A DNA stretch of 64,000 nt, taken from assembly GCA_027319565.1 (NCBI GenBank), contig DAHVNA010000001.1:75526-139525 (forward strand). Reading direction: 5' to 3'. The translations under genes were made by a program, and so were the position numbers. Below the pieces are notes generated by a model. It worked only from the letters and a program-made list of their open reading frames with translations. It searched no databases and was not told the DNA's origin. This DNA comes from Elusimicrobiota bacterium. GTDB taxonomy: Bacteria; Elusimicrobiota; Elusimicrobia; UBA1565; UBA9628. This document shows positions 20,068 through 29,540 of the stretch, piece by piece; the first letter of the stretch is position 1, and each line of letters starts with the position of its first letter.

Positions 20068-21267
20068 TCATATCCAATCATTGGGTTTGCGCAACGCAAG
20101 CCCGATGGCCACGGCAAAAGCCGGGGTGATTTCTTTTGGAATAGACTGGAAATTTTCTATCGCGGCCAGAGGATTGAGAACAGAAACAGGGGTTTTAAAT
20201 TCCAAGCTCAAATAGCGGTCTAAATTTTTAAGGGCGGCGGAGCCCCCCATCAAGACGATGCGGCTGATGACGCGGTCTGAGCCCTGGGAGAGAAAAAAGT
20301 CGACGGAGCGGTGGACCTCGATGGTTAAATCTTTCAAAACGCCCATCAAGGCGTCGGAAATCGCGACGTCTTCTTTGCGGCCTTCCGCGATGGCCGCGTC
20401 TTTCTGCTCGGCATCGAAAAGAAGGGCGTGGGCTCTCTTGAGAGACTCGGCTTGGGCTAGCTCGCAATTAAGGGCCTTCATGATGGCCCGCGTAAAGGTT
20501 TGTCCCGCGGTGAAAATATCGCGGACAACGCGGGTATTTCCCGCGTCAATAATGGAGAGATTGGTTACGGAATGGCCGATGTTTAAGTAGAGGGTCCCGC
20601 CGGGTTCCGCGGCGGAGGGATCGAATTGGGTAAAGAGGTTTTCAAGGGCGAAGGAATCGACATCAATGATGCTGGGGTTGAGGCCGGCCTCCTGGAGAAT
20701 CTCGACTCGGGATGAAATGATTTCTCTTTTTGCCGCGACTAAAACGGTCTCCATTTTCTTTTGGCCTTCTTCGGCGGCTTCGCCCAGAATGTGAAAGCCG
20801 AATTGGACGTCATTGACGTCAAAGGGAATGAATGGCTCGGCTTCAGTGGTGATAGTGGCCGAAAGTTCCGACTTGGTCAGAAGCGGGAACTTGACATAGC
20901 GGACAATCATCGAGTTTCCGGAGACTGAAGTCGCGGCATATTTATTTTTGATTCCGCTTTGGATTAAAAAAGCGCGCAGGGCGTTTAGTGTCCCCAGTTT
21001 TTTCTCTTCGGGAGATTCCTCGGGTTTATTCTCCAGTGGCAAATACCCCCAGGAGCGCAACATAAACCCCGTTTTGGTGGGCGATAAAAGGGCGATTTTA
21101 ACGGCGTAGCTTCCCAGATCGATTGCGAGGAGGCTTTTCCTCGCTTCTATCAAAGATTTGACGCGTTTAATTTGGCTGGATGCGGCCGCCGCGATTTTCG
21201 CAAATTTTTCTTTAAGGTTCCCTTTTATAGCCGTCTCCTTAATATGAAATAAAAAGCCATACTCCAT
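20068..21267 (-). CDS. pilM: Type IV pilus assembly protein PilM
   Basis: AIDLGSYAVK, EAEPFIPF, IDVDSFALEN, LMGGSA, AVAIGLALR. Confidence 0.93.
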   Translation of the reverse strand: MEYGFLFHIKETAIKGNLKEKFAKIAAAASSQIKRVKSLIEARKSLLAIDLGSYAVKIALLSPTKTGFMLRSWGYLPLENKPEESPEEKKLGTLNALRAFLIQSGIKNKYAATSVSGNSMIVRYVKFPLLTKSELSATITTEAEPFIPFDVNDVQFGFHILGEAAEEGQKKMETVLVAAKREIISSRVEILQEAGLNPSIIDVDSFALENLFTQFDPSAAEPGGTLYLNIGHSVTNLSIIDAGNTRVVRDIFTAGQTFTRAIMKALNCELAQAESLKRAHALLFDAEQKDAAIAEGRKEDVAISDALMGVLKDLTIEVHRSVDFFLSQGSDRVISRIVLMGGSAALKNLDRYLSLEFKTPVSVLNPLAAIENFQSIPKEITPAFAVAIGLALRKPNDWI

Positions 21268-21294
21268 CTAATAAAATTAAAACCGTATAGACAA

Positions 21295-21323
21295 TTAATA
21301 ACAGGAATAAAGCGGACTGTCAA
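21295..21323 (-). promoter_or_regulatory. Sigma70-type promoter for the pilM-asnB operon
   Basis: TTGACA-17 nt-TATTAA on the minus strand, 27 nt upstream of the pilM ATG. Confidence 0.55.
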
Positions 21324-21385
21324 GACTCTGAGCTTTAAAAAAAATTTGCCGGGGCTTGCCAGCTTTTGCTAAGTTATAAGCGGAT

Positions 21386-22417
21386 ATGGCACAAGACGCT
21401 TTAGCGGTTCAAGGTAGCTACGAAGTCCTCGGCAAAGAATTGTTGCGCCGCATCCATTCCCTGATGGTTGGCGCTCGGGTAATGGAAGAACGCCTAATCA
21501 AGATGTCCAAAAGCGGGGATGGCTTTTTTTGGATTGGAGGCCCGGGGGAAGAGGCCTTTAACGTTCCCTTGGGGCTTCAGGTCAAAAAGGGAAACGGGCT
21601 TGAATTTGATTATCTCCATCTCCACTACCGCTCCAGCGCGATTCTTCTGGCGATGGGAGCAAAGCCCATTGATTCGATACGCCAAATGCGTTCGGTTGCG
21701 ACAGACCCTTATTCCAAGGGCCGCAATTTCGTCAATCACGCCGCGATTCCCGAATGGAACGTTGTTCCGATGTCTCCGACCATTGAAACCCAATACTCGA
21801 CCGTCATCGGGACCGGCATCGCCCAAGCTAGAATTAAAACTGATGCTATTTCTATCGTCAACGGCGGCGATGGGGGAACGGCTGAGGGAGATTTTCATTC
21901 TTGTTTAGTATGGAGTAATCGTCCGGCGCTTCCGCTTCCGATTCTCATCATCGTGGTCAATAACGGCTACGCGATTTCAACCGCAGAATCAACCCAGCAC
22001 GGCGAACGCCAAATTTCCGATTGGGGCCGCGTTTTTAATATGGCGGCAAAAACGATTAACGGTAATGACCCGGTCGAATCTTACCTGGCCATTAAAGAGG
22101 CGATGGCCTATTGCCGCAAGGAGCGCAAACCCTATTTGTTAGAGGCGAAAACCAGTCGCTTAAACGGGCATTCCTCTTCTTCCGGAGCCAATCGCGTTCA
22201 AGAGCCGGATTGCATCGCTCTTTTTGAGGCGGAGCTTAAAAAACGCGGTTTAATGACGCAGGAAGAAATTGCCCGCGTGTGGGATGAGGCCGTTAAGGCC
22301 ATTGATCGCGATCAGCAGCAGGTCAAAACCGAGCCCTTTCCCAAGCCGGAAACGATTTGGGAAGACGTCTTTGCCGAGGGCCTGCCCGAATCTTATCCGA
22401 CCAAGGGGGGAAGCTGA
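21386..22417 (+). CDS. 2-oxoacid (branched-chain/pyruvate) dehydrogenase E1 alpha
   Basis: ThDP motif GDGGTAEGDFH...VVNNGYAIST; RLNGHSSS. Confidence 0.9.
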   Translation: MAQDALAVQGSYEVLGKELLRRIHSLMVGARVMEERLIKMSKSGDGFFWIGGPGEEAFNVPLGLQVKKGNGLEFDYLHLHYRSSAILLAMGAKPIDSIRQMRSVATDPYSKGRNFVNHAAIPEWNVVPMSPTIETQYSTVIGTGIAQARIKTDAISIVNGGDGGTAEGDFHSCLVWSNRPALPLPILIIVVNNGYAISTAESTQHGERQISDWGRVFNMAAKTINGNDPVESYLAIKEAMAYCRKERKPYLLEAKTSRLNGHSSSSGANRVQEPDCIALFEAELKKRGLMTQEEIARVWDEAVKAIDRDQQQVKTEPFPKPETIWEDVFAEGLPESYPTKGGS

Positions 22418-23475
22418 TGGCCAATATGGCTCAGGCCATTCGTCTGGCCCTTCACTACGGCGAGGAAAATCTCGGGGTCAAGGAGATTTTTGGCGAAGAT
22501 GTCGGCGCGCCTTTGGGCGGTGTTTTTACCGCGACCCAAGGGCTTAAAAACGCTTGGAATTCTCCGTTGGATGAGCGCGGCATCGTCGGCGCGGCTCTGG
22601 GGCTTGCATGGGCGGGTTCTCGCCCGGTCGCTGAAATCCAATTTGTCGATTATATCTTCAATGTCATTGATTTGTTAAAACTCTGCGGGAATGCCCACTG
22701 GACTTCCGCTGGCAGATATAAAACTCCGATGGTCTTGATGACTCCCACGGGATCGGGCATTCACGGCTCGGTCTACCACTCCCACTCTTTCGATTCCATT
22801 GCCTCGAAAATCCACGGCATGAAGGTGGTTTGTCCCTCAACTCCTATAGACGCATATGGTCTTATGATTGCTTCTATCAAAGATGATAATCCGGTTTTGT
22901 TCCTGAAGCCGAAGGCTCTCTTGCGCACCAAGGGGGAAGAGTTAATTCCCGGCGAACCTGCCGATGAGAAAGAGCTTAAGGCCGCTATTGACGCTCCAAT
23001 TGGCGACCGCAGCCAGTGGAAGCCGAATTGGCCCAAGGTTCAGGAATACACGGTTCCCATTGGAAAAGCCAAAATTTCTAAGCCCGGCAAGGATGCGACC
23101 GTTGTCACGCATGGCCGCCTGGCCCCCATCGCTCTTGAGGCCGCCAAGGAGATGTTGTCTGCTGGAGAAGGCGATGTCGAAGTCATCGACATGCGTTCCC
23201 TGATTCCGTATGACTGGGCCGCCATTCGCGATTCAATTCGCAAGACCGGGCGAGTTTTGTTTTTGAATGAAGAGACGGAGATTTCTAATTTTGGCGAGCA
23301 TTTGTTTCGCCGGACTGTTGACGAATTGTTTTACGAATTAAAAACCCGCCCGCGTCTTCTCTGCGGGAAAGCGACCCCGGGAATCAGCTTGTCTCCCAAT
23401 CTCGAATATTTCACCGTCCCTCAGAAAGCGGATGTTTTGCGCGGCATTCGAGAGCTTCTCTCCGAAGAAGCGTAA
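22417..23475 (+). CDS. 2-oxoacid dehydrogenase E1 beta
   Basis: FGEDVG, NSPLDERGIVG, AEIQFVDYIF, EVIDMRSLIPYD; start MANMAQ in a TGATG overlap. Confidence 0.9.
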   Translation: MANMAQAIRLALHYGEENLGVKEIFGEDVGAPLGGVFTATQGLKNAWNSPLDERGIVGAALGLAWAGSRPVAEIQFVDYIFNVIDLLKLCGNAHWTSAGRYKTPMVLMTPTGSGIHGSVYHSHSFDSIASKIHGMKVVCPSTPIDAYGLMIASIKDDNPVLFLKPKALLRTKGEELIPGEPADEKELKAAIDAPIGDRSQWKPNWPKVQEYTVPIGKAKISKPGKDATVVTHGRLAPIALEAAKEMLSAGEGDVEVIDMRSLIPYDWAAIRDSIRKTGRVLFLNEETEISNFGEHLFRRTVDELFYELKTRPRLLCGKATPGISLSPNLEYFTVPQKADVLRGIRELLSEEA

Positions 23476-23497
23476 TAAAAATTCTCGCCGCCGGGCG

Positions 23498-23902
23498 CTA
23501 CGCCACGCGCCAAGGCCTATAGGAGTCGGCGTTTCCGGTGGCGCCGTCAATTCCCATAATTTTTGCGATCTCGCCGCGAAGCTTCGGCCCATCAAAGGGT
23601 TTTGTGATATAGGCGCGGGCACCGATTTCTAGCGCGCTTTTGGCGATTTCAATATCGTATTCGCCGGTGAGCATTAAGACGATCACGCTGGGATCGGCCT
23701 TAAGGGCAGCCTGAAGGACGGCGATTCCGCTTATTTCCGGCATCGCGATATCTAATAAAATCAACTTGGGTTTTTGGGTTTCAATCCTAAGCAGGGCTTC
23801 TTTCCCGTTGGAGGCTTCTGAAATTTCGCCGAGTCCCGAAAGAAGAATGCGCAAGGTTTCCCGAATCTCGGCGTTGTCGTCGACAATTAGAATGGAGCCC
23901 AT
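23498..23902 (-). CDS. Single-domain response regulator (CheY-like receiver)
   Basis: ILIVDD, LLDIAMPEISG, MLTG, YITKPF. Confidence 0.92.
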   Translation of the reverse strand: MGSILIVDDNAEIRETLRILLSGLGEISEASNGKEALLRIETQKPKLILLDIAMPEISGIAVLQAALKADPSVIVLMLTGEYDIEIAKSALEIGARAYITKPFDGPKLRGEIAKIMGIDGATGNADSYRPWRVA

Positions 23903-23980
23903 GTAAGGTTTCAGCCTCCAAGAAAAGTATAGCAGTATCCAGTCAAGCCGTCCACCGCGAAAGTCCTGTCAGATGCGCCA

Positions 23981-24352
23981 TTATTCCCCGAGAATGTTGA
24001 TATCAACGGAATCGACGGGCTTGCAGGCTTTTGAGCAGGTATAAAGCTGGACATGGGATGTACACTCCGCTCCGGTTAGAAAATTCTGAAATTCCCAGAG
24101 AAAGGCTCGGAGGGTGAAAGCGTAATATCCCTTGGAATCGGTCGCGACGGTTTTTTCATCCTCGATTTTTTCGCTGATTCTGTCTGTTCGGTCGCATTCC
24201 TTGATGATTTGTCCCTTAATGGTTAACGGTTGACCGTTTTTGAGCGTCGCTTGTCCACTTTCCTTTTGCCAATAAAGGCGCGGGTAGACGATGCACCCTG
24301 AAAAAACCAGGCACAGAAAAACGGGCCAAGGCCTCAGATTTTTCCGTTCCAT
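23981..24352 (-). CDS. Hypothetical lipoprotein
   Basis: Lipobox-like VFSGC after a hydrophobic stretch; four further Cys; overlaps the upstream gene. Confidence 0.6.
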   Translation of the reverse strand: MERKNLRPWPVFLCLVFSGCIVYPRLYWQKESGQATLKNGQPLTIKGQIIKECDRTDRISEKIEDEKTVATDSKGYYAFTLRAFLWEFQNFLTGAECTSHVQLYTCSKACKPVDSVDINILGE

Positions 24353-24648
24353 CCTTCTTCCTTTAACAAGGCCGCTTTTTTCTTGACTCCGCCCGGCGCG
24401 GAAAACCCCGTCAATTTTCCGGTGGCGCTGATAACGCGGTGGCAGGGAATGATCGGCGAAAACGGATTTTTAGCCAAGGCTTGGCCAACGGCCCTGGCCG
24501 CGCGCGGTTTTTTTATCTTTTTTGCGATCCAGCCGTAGCTGCGCGCTTGTCCCTTGGGAATCTCGGCGCAAGCTTTCCAGACGGACTGGTAAAAAAGAGG
24601 GTAGCTTGCCATTTTTTTTAGAATCGCCTTGGGTATTTTGGGTTTCAT
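24334..24648 (-). CDS. ogt: Methylated-DNA--protein-cysteine methyltransferase (C-terminal domain only)
   Basis: IPKGQARSYG, ARAVGQALAKNP, active-site PCHRV. Confidence 0.9.
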   Translation of the reverse strand: MKPKIPKAILKKMASYPLFYQSVWKACAEIPKGQARSYGWIAKKIKKPRAARAVGQALAKNPFSPIIPCHRVISATGKLTGFSAPGGVKKKAALLKEEGWNGKI

Positions 24649-25745
24649 TTTGGCGGATAGATGATTTTTCCAAGAATTCTAGACCCCCGTGCTCCGGTGG
24701 CCGCAGGACAATTATTGGGAAGCCGCTTAAAAGCGCGATAAGCCAGCCAGGCAAAGCAAGCCGCTTCCTTGGCCATGACCGGCATTCCGCGCTCTTGGGC
24801 GCTTATGACTGGGATGGTCTTTAAAGCCAGTGACAATCTCCGCATGAGAAAATGGTTTAAGGCTCCCCCGCCGCTGACAATGACCTCGGAGACTTTTTGA
24901 GGCGCGAAATCTTGAATAGCTCTTGAGATGGACTCGGCCGTCAAATCAGCTAATGTCGCGAGAACATCGGGCAGATTTTCCCGGCTTAGTTCGCCAAAAC
25001 CGTCGTTTAAAAATTTTTCCCCGAATTCATTTCTGTCCAGGGATTTCGGCGGAGATTTCTTGAAGTAAGAAATCTTAAGCCATTCTTTTATTTTTTCCGG
25101 GTTTGATTTTCCCTGCGCGGCCAAAGCTCCGTTTCGGTCCAGCGATTTTTTGCCGGAACTTAGAACTCTCACCGCCAAATCCATCAGGCAATTGCCGGGG
25201 CCGGTGTCAAAAGAACTCCAGAGCTTGTTTTTGCCCACGAAGCTGAGATTGGCGATGCCGCCGATATTGAGAACGGCGCGAAGCGGGCCCGATCCGTATA
25301 AAAATTGGTCGAAGGCCGCGATTAAAGGCGCTCCTTGTCCGCCGGATGCGATATCCTGGGGCCTAAAATCGGCGATGACGGGGCAGCGCATTTCTTCCGA
25401 GATAAAGGCGGGTTCCCCGATTTGAAAGGTGTTGGGCGGATTGTCCCCGGGGCCGTGCCAAAGCGTTTGGCCGTGGGAGCCGACAAGATCGATTGGGCGC
25501 CCTTTCGATATTTCCCGCGCGGCCTTGGAAAATAGAATTCCAAGAGCGGCGTTGAGGCGAGAGATTTCTTTGATATTGAGGGTCGATGCGTTGAGGATTT
25601 TTTCCCGCAATTCCTTTTTAAACGGAAATGTCTTAAAACGGAGGACTTGAAGGGATTTTTCCGAAATTAAAGTCAGCGCCGCCGTGATTCCATCGGCGGA
25701 AGTGCCGGACATAAGCCCTATGACCTTCATTTTTTTCTGTAACAT
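24645..25745 (-). CDS. anmK: Anhydro-N-acetylmuramic acid kinase
   Basis: GLMSGTSADG, GSHGQT, DFRPQDIASGGQGAPL, FDTGPGN, ATGA. Confidence 0.95.
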   Translation of the reverse strand: MLQKKMKVIGLMSGTSADGITAALTLISEKSLQVLRFKTFPFKKELREKILNASTLNIKEISRLNAALGILFSKAAREISKGRPIDLVGSHGQTLWHGPGDNPPNTFQIGEPAFISEEMRCPVIADFRPQDIASGGQGAPLIAAFDQFLYGSGPLRAVLNIGGIANLSFVGKNKLWSSFDTGPGNCLMDLAVRVLSSGKKSLDRNGALAAQGKSNPEKIKEWLKISYFKKSPPKSLDRNEFGEKFLNDGFGELSRENLPDVLATLADLTAESISRAIQDFAPQKVSEVIVSGGGALNHFLMRRLSLALKTIPVISAQERGMPVMAKEAACFAWLAYRAFKRLPNNCPAATGARGSRILGKIIYPPK

Positions 25746-25865
25746 TTTTTTTACAAACTTGAAATCTTTTTGTGACGCGCTTCTGTTAACCTAAATAGTG
25801 ACGGAACACAACGGTACGACACCACGATGACAACAGCTCACACGCTCCTAAATCTTGGCGCCTCT

Positions 25866-27422
25866 TCAAGAGGCGCCTTTTCTTTTCATTAAAGGAATCA
25901 ACAAGGTGACCGTCGTTCCTATCCCAATCTGGCTTTGAATCTTGATATTCCCGCCGTGATTTTGGGCCACTCTTTTGACATAGGGAAGCCCAAGCCCGAG
26001 CCCCTCGACTTGCCCGGTAAAATAAGCCTCGATTTGGTGAAAACGGTCAAAAACCTTGTCGAGGTCTTCCGGAGGAATTCCGGGGCCGGAATCGGCGACC
26101 GAAAAAAGAGCTTGAGAGGAATCTTCTTTTAATTCAACGGCGATTGATTTTGCTTGAGGCGCGGAAAATTTTACGGCGTTTTCAATGAGGTTGACCATCG
26201 CATTTTTGATTTGAGAAGAATTGGCCAAAACCGAGGGAGAGGCGGTTTTTTGAATGGAGACAGAAAAGTGATTTGTTTTGATCAGGGGTTCTGTTTCTTT
26301 CAAAGCTTCATCCAAGACTTTTTCGAGAAGAGTCGGTTCAAACTGGACCGTGTCTTCCGGGCTTTCCAGCGAGACATAGCGCAGAAGTTTGTCGATGAGA
26401 TTGGCTAATTTTCGTCCTTGTTGCCGGAGTGAATCGAGAAGCGAGGCGGTCGCGGGCCGGGCGTTTTCTTTGAGCTCTTCCGTCAAAAGATCGGTAAATC
26501 CCAGGATCGAAGACAGGGGGGTTCTGAGTTTGTGAGAGATAAAGGAAAGAAATGTTCTTTTGATGGATTCTTGACGCCTTAGTTCGGTCTCATCTCGAAA
26601 TACGTAGAGAAAGACCGGCTTTTCTTTGGCGTCAGAGTTTTTATTTTTAATGGGGGTTGCCAGTCCGCCTAGAATGAGGGGCTTGATTTCTTTTCTTTCG
26701 GCGGTGAAGTGGACCGGCCCGGTCTCTAGGCGCCTTGAAATTTCAGGCCAGGATGGAAACAATGTCCATTGGCTAAAGAGTTCGTTTAAATCGGAGCGTC
26801 CGCCCAAAAATTTCTTGGCGGCGCGGTTGGCAATCAAAATGCGGCTTTTCTCATCGGTTAGAATCGCTCCATCGGACATCTCGACAAAGACGATATCCAA
26901 TTTTTGGCGTTCGTCTTCAAGCGAGGCGAAAAGCCGGGCGTTTTCAAGGGCGACGGCGGCTTGAGCGGCGAGGGCTTCCAGAAGTTCGGCGTCATTGGAA
27001 GTAAAGGCTCCGGTTTTTTTGTTAATCGCTTCAATAACCCCCAGAATACGCTCTTGACGCATCATTGGAACGGCTAGAATGGAACGGGTAGAAAATCCGG
27101 AGAGGTGGTCCATTTTGGGAGACCAGCGGGAATCTAAATGGACATCGGTAATGAGAAGCGGTTTTTTGTCGGCGGCGACCGCGCCCGCGATTCCCTGTCC
27201 TATTTTAAGCCTTATTTTTTTCGCTTCTTCTCCCAGGCCCAAGCCGATGTCAAAATAGAGCTCTTGGGTTTCGGAATCAAGCAAAAGTAAAGACGCGCTC
27301 TCGGCGTTAGCCACTTCCGCGGAAAGTTTGGTGATTGCGCGCAAAAGATTGCCGATATCTAAATTGGAAGCGAGAAGCCGTCCCGCTTCCAGGACTTTTT
27401 TCCAAGACTCTTTATCTTCCAT
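25866..27422 (-). CDS. GAF-PAS sensor histidine kinase
   Basis: GAF domain (GQGIAGAVA...TRSILAVPM), H-box SHKLRTPL, N-box NLIENAVKF, DSGPGI, GLGLGL. Confidence 0.92.
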   Translation of the reverse strand: MEDKESWKKVLEAGRLLASNLDIGNLLRAITKLSAEVANAESASLLLLDSETQELYFDIGLGLGEEAKKIRLKIGQGIAGAVAADKKPLLITDVHLDSRWSPKMDHLSGFSTRSILAVPMMRQERILGVIEAINKKTGAFTSNDAELLEALAAQAAVALENARLFASLEDERQKLDIVFVEMSDGAILTDEKSRILIANRAAKKFLGGRSDLNELFSQWTLFPSWPEISRRLETGPVHFTAERKEIKPLILGGLATPIKNKNSDAKEKPVFLYVFRDETELRRQESIKRTFLSFISHKLRTPLSSILGFTDLLTEELKENARPATASLLDSLRQQGRKLANLIDKLLRYVSLESPEDTVQFEPTLLEKVLDEALKETEPLIKTNHFSVSIQKTASPSVLANSSQIKNAMVNLIENAVKFSAPQAKSIAVELKEDSSQALFSVADSGPGIPPEDLDKVFDRFHQIEAYFTGQVEGLGLGLPYVKRVAQNHGGNIKIQSQIGIGTTVTLLIPLMKRKGAS

Positions 27423-27477
27423 CAAAGGCTATTATGATACTTTCCAAAGACTTAGTAAAATGAAAAAGGCTTAAGAC

Positions 27478-28686
27478 ATGGAAAAAACAAATCGGTTTTT
27501 GCTTTGGGTCTTTTTAGTGGGGATTAGTTCCGCCGTCTGCGGCGCGGCCTATCTCGCCGTTCTCAAAAAACTTTTTTCGTGGATTGGCCCGGACGCCTGG
27601 GCCTCTAGTCGGATCGTCCATGGCCTTCTTTTGATTGGGGCCGGAATCGCGATTGCGTCTTTGGAGCGCTGGGCGGGGCCTTCCGGAAACGTCGAGATGC
27701 TGGTCGACAATATCCATGAGATGGGAGGAAACCGGGACCGAAAAAATCTTTTGTCTCTGATCCCATCCTCTTTGATTTCAATCGCGGTGGGGGGCGCGAT
27801 GGGGCCGGAGGCGCCCTTGGTTCAAACGACCGGTTCCTTGGGAAGCTGGTTCGCGGACATGAAAGGCCTGAGCGTCTCCGAAAAAAGGACGTTAACGATC
27901 ACCGGCATGGCCGCCGGCTTTACCGTTTTATTTGGCGTCCCTTTGGGAGCGAGCCTTTTCGCTCTTGAGATTTTGCATCGCCGCGGCATGGAGTATTACG
28001 AGTCTCTTCTCCCCGCGATTTGGGGATCTTTGTGCGGGTACTGCGCCTATGCCGCGCTGACAAGATTGGATTTAAGCCCTGTCTGGTCTTTTTCGTATCC
28101 CATTGACGCGCTTCATTTGCGCGATTTGGTTTTTTCCGTCTTGTGCGGAATTCTCGCCGCCTTGGCGGCTGTGGCCTTTATCTTTTCCAACCGCGTTTTA
28201 AGCCGATTTTTCAAAGCCCTGCCTCTGTTTGTCCGAGGAGCTTTAGGCGGACTGATTCTCGCCCTTTTGGCTTTTTTATCTCCTTACGCGTTGACCTTTG
28301 GAGAATATCAAATGAACGGCCTGGCCGTCGCCGCGCCGGCGGCGTCTTTTTTCGTTCTCGCTTTCGCCGCTAAATTCATGGGGACATCGACGACATTTTC
28401 CGCGGGCTGGAAGGGGGGCTTTATCATTCCGCTTTTTTTTATGGGCGCGGCGTTGGGGAGATTATTGCATCTGGGTTTTCCAGCGACCCAGGAGGTTCTG
28501 CTGGTCGCGTCCTTGATGGCGGCCTTAAACGCCGCGGTGACCAAGACGCCCTTGGGATCGGTCTTGGTGGTCACCGAAATGACGGGGATCCGGATTTTCC
28601 CTACGACCGTTCTCTCGGTCATGCTGGCGATGCTTTTAACGAGCCGTATAGGGCTTATTGAAAGTCAGCGCCCGCGAGAAAATTAG
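27478..28686 (+). CDS. ClC-family chloride (or fluoride) channel/antiporter
   Basis: GGAMGPEAP and GGFIIPLFFMG signatures; many TM helices. Confidence 0.88.
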   Translation: MEKTNRFLLWVFLVGISSAVCGAAYLAVLKKLFSWIGPDAWASSRIVHGLLLIGAGIAIASLERWAGPSGNVEMLVDNIHEMGGNRDRKNLLSLIPSSLISIAVGGAMGPEAPLVQTTGSLGSWFADMKGLSVSEKRTLTITGMAAGFTVLFGVPLGASLFALEILHRRGMEYYESLLPAIWGSLCGYCAYAALTRLDLSPVWSFSYPIDALHLRDLVFSVLCGILAALAAVAFIFSNRVLSRFFKALPLFVRGALGGLILALLAFLSPYALTFGEYQMNGLAVAAPAASFFVLAFAAKFMGTSTTFSAGWKGGFIIPLFFMGAALGRLLHLGFPATQEVLLVASLMAALNAAVTKTPLGSVLVVTEMTGIRIFPTTVLSVMLAMLLTSRIGLIESQRPREN

Positions 28687-28692
28687 GTGGTT

Positions 28693-29283
28693 TTATAGCA
28701 CGCTTTCGATTTTTTGGATGAGTTCCTTGGACAAAGGTTCTACTTGTGGGCCGAAGCGATCGGCGACATTCCCTTTGCGGTCCACCAAAAATTTCGTGAA
28801 ATTCCAGGGGATCTCGCCGTTGTGTCCGGATTCCGTGGTTAAAAATTCATACAAGGGGTGAATTCCTTCGCCCTTGACCTTAATTTTGGCGAACAAATCG
28901 AAGCTGACGGAATATTTGGTTCGGCAGAAATGGGCGATTTCTTGATTGCTTCCGGGTTCTTGTTGCCCAAACTCATTGGCGGGGAAAGCTAAAATTTTAA
29001 ATCCCCGGTTTGAGAATTGTCGGTAGAGTTTTTCAAGGCCTTCATATTGTGGAGTGTATCCACAGAGGGAAGCGACATTGACGATCAAAAGCGCTTTTCC
29101 CTCATAGTCGGACAAGGATTTTTTTTGCCCGTCAATCGTGTCAACAGTAAAATGATAAATTTTTCCCGCTTCCGCCGTTTTTTCGCCCATAAGTTTTCCC
29201 CTGATTTTTCTGATTTTCTCTTTTGTTCCAAAAACGAGATTGCCGATTATAAGAGCGGCGCGCGTTCCGGCATTATTTTCCAT
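28693..29283 (-). CDS. Glutathione peroxidase (Cys type); alternative start at 29190
   Basis: NVASLCGYTPQY, FPANEFGQQEPG, WNFTKFLV. Confidence 0.93.
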   Translation of the reverse strand: MENNAGTRAALIIGNLVFGTKEKIRKIRGKLMGEKTAEAGKIYHFTVDTIDGQKKSLSDYEGKALLIVNVASLCGYTPQYEGLEKLYRQFSNRGFKILAFPANEFGQQEPGSNQEIAHFCRTKYSVSFDLFAKIKVKGEGIHPLYEFLTTESGHNGEIPWNFTKFLVDRKGNVADRFGPQVEPLSKELIQKIESVL

Positions 29284-29352
29284 ATCTCAACCGCGTCAAC
29301 TAGAGACGAACGCCTCTATTTTATATAATGAGAGAGTCCTTTGGATAATTTC

Positions 29353-29426
29353 GCGGGCGTGGTTCAATGGTAGAACGGGTCCTTGCCAAGGATCAGACGA
29401 GGGTTCGATTCCCTTCGCCCGCTCCA
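29353..29426 (+). tRNA. tRNA-Gly (GCC)
   Basis: GCGGGCG/CGCCCGC acceptor stem, anticodon arm GGTCC-TTGCCAA-GGATC, GGTTCGATT T-loop, encoded CCA; TATAAT at 29324-29329. Confidence 0.96.
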
Positions 29427-29540
29427 GATTTTAAGTTCCGTAATTTCCTATCTTAAGAAAGATTGCCGTGCATCAACTGCGTCACTCGATGCCTTCAAGC
29501 GGGATCCAGGTTCCTGACGCACGGGGTTTGGCGGTCTAAT

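Noticed and set aside
28693..29283. Selenocysteine glutathione peroxidase
   Set aside because: The active site is a Cys codon in an uninterrupted ORF
29466..29534. SRP RNA, 6S RNA or a known riboswitch
   Set aside because: Lacks the SRP GGAA-loop motif, is too short for 6S, and has no downstream co-oriented gene; kept only as an unknown structure
29353..29540. tRNA-Gly as a prophage or island integration site
   Set aside because: No integrase and no duplicated tRNA 3' end seen; flanks are housekeeping genes
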